NCBI GenBank assembly: GCA_951406725.2
Contig: OX597835.1
Span: forward strand, 11,284,001-11,348,000
Reading direction: 5' to 3'
DNA: 64,000 nt
Source: Octopus vulgaris
Lineage: Eukaryota
Shown here piece after piece: positions 54,870 through 64,000 of the stretch (position 1 is the stretch's first letter; each line of letters begins with the position of its first letter). The translations under genes were made by a program, and so were the position numbers. Below the pieces are notes generated by a model, which searched no databases, was not told the DNA's origin, and saw only the letters and a program-made list of their open reading frames with translations.

Positions 54870-55780
54870 TATCAGAACAATTGTACCAAAAAATTCTTGG
54901 AACAAAGTAGCTTTACAATAAAATGTCTGATAGATTTGATAAAGAAACTCAGAATAGAAGAACAATTAATGCCACAGATGAGCAAAATGGTACATCTTTC
55001 TTTTAGATGAAACTCAGAGATAGCAAGGCATAATATGCTTACCAATCAAGAGAAACTGAAGATTAATAACTTCCCAATGAGGACAAAAGATTAATTGATA
55101 TTCAAATTAGCACAAACGGAACGAGGGACTGAAATATCCACTCTTCAAAAGTCTGACTTTTCCAAATGAAAAATGGTCTCCCAGGATTCTTCTGAAAATT
55201 AAATCTCACTGAACAATTTTTTGCAAAAGAGGATAACAATGATGGTGAGTCTCTGATAAGAAATAAATGTGATTTTTGTCCAAAGAAAGCAAGGAATGAA
55301 GCACTTGACTCTTCCTGTAAACATCTCATGAATTCTCCATTGAAATGATTGAAAATAAGAATATAGAACAGGAAATATTTAAATTATCTACAATAAGATA
55401 TCAAAGCAGCAGTTGAAGAAACTGGTGAAAGTTGTTCTGTTGTCATGGTTACAAATTATCATGAACAAGTTGTACTTAAAATGTTAGAAAATAATACTTA
55501 CTATGTAAAAATAAATAACAATGAAAATATCTTTAAAAAAATGGTAAATCTACTGATTTCACTGAACATGACCCATACATACAGTTCTATATTTAAGAGA
55601 TGAGGAATTATGTACTTATTTACATTATTTACATTTGATGGATATTTGTCTTCATCTTGTTTGTTGTTAATACAACGTTTCGACTGATATACCCTCCAGC
55701 CTTCATCAGGTGTCTTGGGGGAAATTTCGAACCTGGGTTCTCATTCCCAAGGTATTTTTCAATGTTGTTATTATCAGTGG

Positions 55781-55815
<35 letters not shown>

Positions 55816-56460
55816 TCGAAAAATACCTTAGGAATGAGAACCCAGGTTCGAAATTTCCCCCAAGACACCTGATGAAGGCTGGAGTGTATATCAGCCGAAA
55901 TGTTGTGTTAGCAACAAACAAGATGAGGACAAATATTCGTCAAATGTAAATAATGTATGACCCATACATGTTTGACCACTGAATATTTTGATTACATCAG
56001 CAACTTCAGATACAAAAATAACAACAAAAAATAATAATTCTATGGCCTATCTAAAATACACAAAAAATAAGTTATAAAATCTTTGAAAGCAACTATACCA
56101 AAATGTCATCTGCAGATGATTTGGATTAGTCTTACTTAAATCAGTTACAGAGTTTTATTTGCTATGATCCAGAAATGCTTAATCGCTTACTGAAAAGTTT
56201 TAACCAAAATACTATTTTTTTTTCCCCATTGATGTTGTAATGTTATGCACCAAAACCACTGATGCCAAAGGAATCACATTAAATATTGATATGTTATCAA
56301 TTTGAATTACCAGAACATAGAAATAAAAATTTATCATTGATGGACACATTCATATTACAAAACACTTATTTAATATTTGATCAATCAGCCTACCAACAAA
56401 TATCTGGAACCATGATGGGAACTAAAGTACTCCCAATTTAGACCAATTTACTGATGTGAT
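54870..56460 (+). mobile_element. Decayed Penelope-like reverse transcriptase ORF
   Basis: IKAAVEETGESCSVVMVTNYHEQVVLKMLENNTYY (ADKG..VV.M-like block) near 55400-55510 and QQISGTMMGTKVLPI*TNLLM (Q..GT.MG...AP.YANLFM) at 56395-56457; interrupted by the fold-back element. Confidence 0.7.
55581..55956. mobile_element. Fold-back hammerhead-bearing element, second copy, opposite orientation, with TSD
   Basis: ~170 bp inverted arms; hammerhead motifs at 55669-55714 (-) and 55864-55909 (+); 13 bp TSD atgacccatacat at 55568-55580 and 55957-55969. Confidence 0.8.
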
Positions 56461-57753
56461 AGCATGAAATGAAAATGTATGTTGAATCGATATGCTCTGG
56501 TGGTATTTGATCAGTTGTTAAGGATGGATGAGAATTAATTCTGTAATGCAATCATTCTGTTATTCCAGTCCTAAGTTGAACTCCAACTGTTGGCCAATTT
56601 GTCCCAAAGTTCTTATCTTGACGTAAAATTAATGAAGGGAATGTCATTTATCTCCCTCTTGATCTCTGATGTTATCTGACTGACACCAGCAAAATGGTGT
56701 GAATCTGCCAAGCTTACCTGCTAGAAATAACAACCTAAATGCTTTAAAATCAGATCCCGATGCTGGACGTTCAAGAACCAAATGCTGGGTAGATTTAAAA
56801 TCCCAGAATCATCCTGATTCCACAACGGTGTAATACGTCTATGTAGACCAAACATAGACTGAGATACAGGGGTCCCGGATGGACGGACAGACAGAATTTG
56901 CTTTTATTATCATAGATGTACACACATATAGATGCATGCATACATCCTCATACAAACACAATCACACATACATGCACACATATATTCACATACACACACT
57001 CATACATACATGTGTATAGGCACCAGCACACACATGCAAACGCATACACAACTACATGCTCACACCCACATTCCCACATATACATACACACACATACACT
57101 CACACCTGCAATTATTTGTAAAATGGAACTAGATACACCCAAAATCCATGATTGCAACAGAGGTTCCATTCTTTGTTTAACCATTTCCCTTTATCTCCTC
57201 CTGGTGTTTCTGGTTTCTTGTCATTGTGAATGGCAGAAACTGGAATCGGATTTACCAAACTAACTTTATCTTGGAACTCTGCGAGGAATGTAATATATTT
57301 GCATATTTAGTAATTCTATTGTGGCCCTTTTAGTTCTACTTGTGTGTGTGTGTGTGTGGGGAGGGCTAATTCATGTATGGCATTTCTCTTTTCCGTATCC
57401 ATTCATGCACGAACACTTCATAAATATATTTCTTGGATACATATCTAATTTATAGTACATCATCTGCATGTGTGTGTGTGTGTGTGTACTTACATATAAA
57501 CATAGTTATTCAAAAGAATATAGACCCCCGCAGAAGAATGCATGGAAGGATTTATTGAATTGGTAACGCATATAAGCCCAACATTTCAATGTAAAATTCT
57601 ATCTGAGGCATAATTGTTCTATGAATATTGCTATGATATATACGTACATAAATGTGCACATATATACATATATATATAGATAGATAGACACACACACACA
57701 TACACACAAATATGTATATACTGTAGCAATATTCATAGAATAATTGTCTCATA

Positions 57754-57827
<74 letters not shown>

Positions 57828-57874
57828 TATATACATATATACATATATATATACATATATACATATATACATAT

Positions 57875-57905
<31 letters not shown>

Positions 57906-59262
57906 GATAGATAGACACACACACATACACACAAACATGTGTGTATACTGTAGCAATATTCTTAGAATAATTGTCTCACAGATACTATATATATATGTAT
58001 ATTATATATATATATATTATATATATATGTATGTATGTATATGTATGTATTTATGCTTGTATATATGTATATACATGTGTATATATGTATTATGAAATCA
58101 GTGTGTGTATGTACCATTTGAGCTGGAAAAACCAATTAGACTGCATGAGCAACTGAGGAAAAGTTTCCATCATTTTGTAGCATGACTGAGGACTTTGTTA
58201 GCTTGAGTTATCTTCAAATTTCGTACCAGAAGGGCACACGGCATTGAAACCCATTACTACACCATTTATTTCCAGCCATAGATTCAATCAGTTCCTTCTG
58301 TTAATCTAATGCCTGATTTCTCAGACGTCGATTCACATGCTCATGCTTCCATAATTCTAAATATGGTAGCGCCATCGAAATCGAATTAAACCAAGCAAAA
58401 AGATAGAAAAACGAATTTCGTTTCATTGGCAAAGTGTTCATTTGATCTGCGTCGGCGAGATAACTTTGTTGATTTTATCTCCTGTTGACTCGGAGTTTCA
58501 GTTTGATGTTGATATTGGTATCAAGTATGAAGTCTGCTGACCTGATGTCATAACCCATATTTCCTCTCTAGATTACTGGGTTAGACAGGGTCATGTGACA
58601 GCCACCTACAGACACACCCACTCACATGATGTACATACATACATATCTGTGTAGACACACACACATATATATATATATACGCGATTCTTGATACTGTAGC
58701 TGATTGAGCAAGCAATCAGTTAATCTCTTCATTAGCTTCAGCCTGTTGTTCATGATGTTGTTGTTGTTGTTGTTGTAGCAGTAGTAGTAGTAGTAGTAGT
58801 AGTAGAACTGTATTTTGCTCTGCTTGAGGAAACTTGCAATATTAAAGTGGTTGATTTGAAAACAAAAGATTAAAAAAAAAATATTCTCTAAGTGTTATTT
58901 TCCATGACCATCAAGCCTCAAAATTCAGGACTCAAACATCGTGCCTTACCCCCACCCATCCATCCGTCTGCCCAACTTCAAATAAAGATTCAACAGAAAC
59001 TGTAAACTCAATTATTTGGAGATTTGGTTACAACTTTAAGAAGGAGGTTGGTTTTTGTTCTTTAACCCTAGTATAATCCTAACTGAGCAGATGTATGATC
59101 AAAGGTGTTCCAGCCATGACTTTCTCATATTGTTTTTTCGGCATAGTGTACCTGTGACTACATCATCCACTTTGTTCCTTTACAATTTAAGACAACAGGG
59201 TGGAATTTGTGGGATGTATGGTTGATTGAATGATATCTTTTCCTCCTGGTACTCAGAGTTAG

Positions 59263-59301
<39 letters not shown>

Positions 59302-59516
59302 TGTGTACAGTGCTCAGGTGCACTACAACTCATCTAAAGTGTATATATAATCAGGTGTATATAACTACATCAAAACTGCTGCTGAGCCTAATCAATTCAA
59401 AGCTGTGCTTTCCAGCTGTACTTAATTGCTTGAAGATGGATAAACCTCCAACTTAACTTACTCTTGACTCGGTGTGCACAAAGATAAAAAATAAGGTGTT
59501 AACTTAATCACTTTAA

Positions 59517-59990
59517 CCCTTTCGTTACTGTATTTCTTTTGAGATGCTCTGTGTTTCTTTCAGTTATTTTAAATATAACAAAGAATTTAGTAAAATAACT
59601 TAGTTATCATTCAGCTAGTGTTAGGAAGATAAATTGTAACTAAGGTTTGGTAGAAGACTTTAATTCAAAACTTATGAAAACAAGACATTTGTACTCAGAG
59701 CCAGAGCTGGTTTCAGCCGGGTTGGTATCAAAAGGGCTAAGAATTGTTTCTCTATTATATATTTTAACTCTTTTGTTACCATATTGCTGTTGAGATGCTC
59801 TGTGTTTCTTTCAATTAATTTTAAATATAACAAAGAATTTAGTAAAATAACTTAGTTATCATTAAGCTAGTATTAGGAGCATAAATTGTGACTAAGGTTT
59901 GGTGGAAGATTTTAATTCAAAACTTACGAAAACAAAACATTTTACTGCAGAGCCAGAGCGCCGGTTTTGGCCGGGTTAGTAACAAAAGGG
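59517..59990. mobile_element. Two adjacent piggyBac-like MITEs (59517-59736, 59768-59990)
   Basis: TTAA|CCCTTT...AAAGGG|(C/T)TAA ends; the two copies are homologous; diverged reverse copies near 30330-30690 and 31080-31260. Confidence 0.8.
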
Positions 59991-60264
59991 TTAATATCGC
60001 TTTAACCCTTTGAACTTCTAAGTATGCTTTAGTGGGTGTGGTTTTGTTTTACTACAACCCCTGGAAGATATAAAAGAGGCCACAATATGGTTTTGTGTTT
60101 CTGGTTCATTAATTAGCAAAAACATCGTTATTTTCAGGCATACACATAAAACTCAATGGCTACCCATTTTTGCGCAAACTGAAATCATACCTGCTAAGGC
60201 ATATTTATGGGCTCAGAGTTTGTCAACTGTTGCAAGACTCAAGAATGAATATATATATATATAT

Positions 60265-60780
60265 CATATATGATAAGAAATCGGAATCGAAATTGAACCA
60301 ATCCTATGACTGGCACCCGGCAGTTGCCAGTATCGCTGGACTGACTTCTGTACAGGTGGAAAGTAAAGAAACACCGTTTTGACCCTGTACTTGAGGAGAC
60401 CTATTGAGTCAAGTACATCAACATCAAAAATCAATGGAAATTGTAGTTGTGATCCCTGTGCTGGTGGCACATAAAAAACACCATCCGAACGTGGCCGATG
60501 CCAGTGCTGCCTTGACTGGCTTCCTTGCCGGTGGCACATAAAAAGCACCAACCAATCGTGGCTGTTGCCAGCCTCGCCTGGTACCTGTGCTGGTGGCACG
60601 TAAAAAGCACCCACTACACTCACGGAGTGGTTGGCGTTAGGAAGGGCATCCAGCTGTAGAAACACTGCCAGATCAGACTGGAGCCTGGTGCAACCGTCTG
60701 GCTTCCCAGACCCCAGTCGAACCGTCCAACCCATGCTAGCATGGAAAACGGACGTTAAACGATGATGATGATGATGATGA
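60265..60780 (+). mobile_element. SINE-like family C
   Basis: Homologous to 49290-49913, (GAT)n tail. Confidence 0.85.
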
Positions 60781-61166
60781 CAAGATCTTAAGAAGTTAAA
60801 CCTAGCTAGGGACCAAGGCTCCTGGCATTTTGCTGTGCTTGAAGGACACATCAAGCTAAATAAAATCGTAGTTGTCCTTGCATACAGGCATGGCCCCTGC
60901 ATCCCTCTTCAGGTGAGCATTCCTAATGATGTGGGTTCATGGGTGTTGGTGCCTTGTAAAAAGCACCTGTACTGGCTCCATGTAAATGCACTTGTGGTGG
61001 TGATGCTGCATAAGTGCACCCAATACATTCTGTAAAATGGTTAGGAAGGGCATCAAGTTATAAAAACTATGCCAAAACAGACAATTGGAGCCTGGTACAA
61101 CTCTTCGGATGGACAACTCCTGTCAAAACATCCAACAACCCATACTAGCATGGAAAACGGATGTTA

Positions 61167-61197
<31 letters not shown>

Positions 61198-61358
61198 GTG
61201 GTAGTGGTGGTGGTGGTGGTGATGATGATGATGATGATGATGGTGGTAGTGGTGGTGGTGGTGGTGGTGGTGGTGGTGATGATGATGATGATGATGGTGA
61301 TGGTGGGTGGTGGTGATGATGATGATGATGATGGTGGTAGTGGTGGTGGTGGTGGTAG

Positions 61359-61393
<35 letters not shown>

Positions 61394-61436
61394 GTGGTAG
61401 TGGTGGTGATGGTGATGATGATGATGGTGGTAGTGG

Positions 61437-61479
<43 letters not shown>

Positions 61480-61570
61480 AGTGATGATAATGATGATGAT
61501 GATGATGATAGTGATGATAATGATGATGATGATGATGATAGTGATGATAATGATGATGATGATGATGATG
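61167..61570. repeat. (GAT/GGT)n tract expanded from the tail of a diverged family C element
   Basis: Follows ctagcatggaaaacggatgttag directly. Confidence 0.85.
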
Positions 61571-62310
61571 AACCAGTGTTTGACAAGATTCTGCCTGCAT
61601 TTAAACTAGAAGTCATAAGCAATCACATCAGCTAGAAATCAATGACCATAGCTTTTGTATTGGGTCCTTTTTTTTTTGCTGACTTTGTAGCTGTATCTCT
61701 CGTGTAGCTATTATTATTGATCTGTCTGGCAACCGATATTTGCTTTTATAGACTTGGCTTATCTCTTTACTTCCCAATAATGTAACAATTGTGTTAATTA
61801 AAATGTATGTTTGTTAAAGATTAAGATGTTATTTAACTAACCAAACAAAGAATAAGAATTGCACTCATTTGATGCTGAAAAATCTATTAATTTGATCTTG
61901 GATGGCAATATTCTTTGAATCGCTAAAGCAATGGAAGAATTAAGAAGCAAAAAAAAAAAAATTAAAAAAATAAAGAAATCCAAGATAAAAAGAAAATATA
62001 ATCGTAACTAATGAAAAGAGATAAATTTGATTGTGCTTAAAACTTCGTCAGTCATTTAGATTGAGTGGTGTTTTTTGTTTATTTGCTTTTTGTTTTTTTT
62101 TTTGTTGTTTTTTTTGTATTGAAAGGGATTATGGGAATAGAAGTGATTGTAACAAAGATATTACAGAATCGGTTCTATTTTAGCACAGACTTACTCATAA
62201 CAGGACTGGAATTCAGAAAATTGATAAAAATAAAATATATCAGTCACTTGCATAATGTTTCCACTACTTACTGCAGGCGGGGTTGGTTCTGTTTACGGCT
62301 AGATGGACTG

Positions 62311-62500
62311 AGACAATATGAGTTAGTATTCATAGAAGGTGATGGGTCCTATTTACAACCTGGTGGACAGAGACAATATGAGTTAGTATTCATAGAAGGT
62401 GATGGGTCCTATTTACAACCTGGTGGACAGAGACAATATGAGTTAGTATTCATAGAAGGTGATGGGTCCTATTTACAACCTGGTGGACTGATCCAATATG
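62311..62500. repeat. 60 bp minisatellite, three near-identical copies
   Basis: agacaatatgagttagtattcatagaaggtgatgggtcctatttacaacctggtggac(a/t)g. Confidence 0.95.
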
Positions 62501-63044
62501 ACTGATGAACACTCTTTACAGCTAGGTGGACTGATCCAATATTGTCTCAGTCCATATAATATTGCTGGCATTGTGCCAAAATGTGAAACCAATTTTATCA
62601 CAACTTGAATCAAGTTTGTCCCACTGCGTGGCATCTTAAAAGCTGAAGCCTTTTGCATTTTCTCTGATTTTCTGCTTATTTGGTTAATATCCAGAATGGA
62701 TACCAAGCCATCAAGAAACATTGTCCTTGTAGTATGTAGTTAGTTACTAAACCTCATGAAATTAAAGTTAAATTCTGAAACCTTTAGGATTTTAGAAATC
62801 ATTTGGTAATGATATAAAGAAAACAAGATAAGGGTAAAGCATGTGTGAGCTCTTGTGTTACTGAGCTCATGTGACACAATGTGTGGTCTTAAAATATACG
62901 TTTTCTCTTTGTAACAGGATGATAGCAAATTACTTAAAACATTTCACATATTTCTCGTTTGAATATAAATCTCTTGACTGTAAAGTTCATAGGCTAACCA
63001 AGATATTCTCATGGGATGTGATTAAATGAGGTTCAGTTATTAAT

Positions 63045-63343
63045 ATAGTCCCCTTGTAGTCATCCTGAAATGTAGCAACCATGTCAGCTTGAATGTCCTC
63101 GGAGGCTAAGCCATTTATCTGCAGGTACTTGATGACACCACGATGCCAAATTTTGTCAGTTTGTTAGACGAATCGATAGTAATTTGTCTTGAAGTTTTCT
63201 TTGAACAATCAGATTTCAGTTTGGCTGGAAAGAAACAATGCAGTTATTAATAAGGAGAGTTGAAATTAATGCACGCAAGATTTCACAGCCCTAGCGTCAC
63301 TCCTTCATAGTCAACCTATAAACTTTTCAGCCCCACCTCATGT
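63045..63343 (-). mobile_element. Mariner 5' fragment
   Basis: TIR-like tgaggtggggctgaaaagttt and N-terminal DKIWHRGVIKYLQINGLASEDIQADMVATFQDD. Confidence 0.75.
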
Positions 63344-64000
63344 ATGTATGTGTATACACCCCAACACACACACGCACAATTCTGAGCCTGATCAAACAAA
63401 AAAAAATGACACTCTGGAGCACTTTTCACTCACCTTCTTTAGAAGATATGTCAGTCTTTTATATTCTTCTACAGAAGGCCCACCACCACCACTACCACCA
63501 TCACCACCACCACCACCTCCTAGCATTTTCACATTACAATTCTTTACAAATATTTCCTATCAAGTATATGTAGTGATGGACATGAATATCAATTTATAAT
63601 GCTACAAAAGTTTAGGGTTTTCCAGTTGCTCACTATAAACGTCTCCTTATCCGCAATGATTTGCCAATCTCTACAGCCTCTCCACTGAATTGCTTTTGTG
63701 TCTTGTCTCTAACGATGACACACACACTCTCTCTCTCTCTCTTCTATCCGTTCTCGATTCATGATGATAATGCTGTTGCTATGTTTGTTTCAAGAATATT
63801 CTTTTACTTTTATAAAGGCATTGATTTATTCCATCTCCATTGTCTGTCAAGATATTCTTTCCCACAGATACCATTGTCGTTTGCTGACAATGTTGTGTCC
63901 TGTAGGAAAGGTAGAATCACCGAACGGACATTTTTAGGTTTCTGCTGCTGCTGTTTCTCAAATGAGGTCAGTTATTGATATAGTCCCCTCATCCTGAAAT

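Noticed and set aside
56760-56917. Helitron/Helentron-like end (acggacagacag...ttttattatcatagat); similar hint at ~35560-35695
   Set aside because: Only a terminal resemblance; the other end and a second copy could not be identified, so it is not listed as a feature.
62155-62200. Possible next SAC2 exon (ag|a tat tac ... aat cgg ttc, 'YY..NRF')
   Set aside because: Needs a frameshift, has no polypyrimidine tract and the similarity does not continue; the in-frame reading stops after ~14 codons.

Overview
AT-rich, microsatellite-saturated animal genomic DNA. The SINE repertoire looks like an octopus or other coleoid cephalopod (inference from recognising repeat families). The only host coding sequence I can support is two + strand exons of a SAC-domain phosphoinositide phosphatase, SAC2/INPP5F (30117-30245 and 49110-49180), separated by an ~18.9 kb intron. 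The rest of the window appears to be intron of that gene. It is filled with at least four SINE families, decayed Tc1/mariner transposons, piggyBac-, hAT- and Tc1-type MITEs, R4/Dong-type and RTE-type LINE 3' ends, and Penelope-like (PLE) RT and GIY-YIG remnants. Nearly all ORFs in the supplied track are microsatellite or SINE artefacts. Most notable: (1) short non-coding fold-back elements with a minimal hammerhead-ribozyme motif in each arm, plus further canonical and variant hammerhead-shaped motifs; (2) an insertion that captured neighbouring host DNA in inverted orientation; (3) several locally templated insertions; (4) head-once/body-repeated concatemeric SINEs. Coordinates were read by eye; repeat boundaries are approximate.
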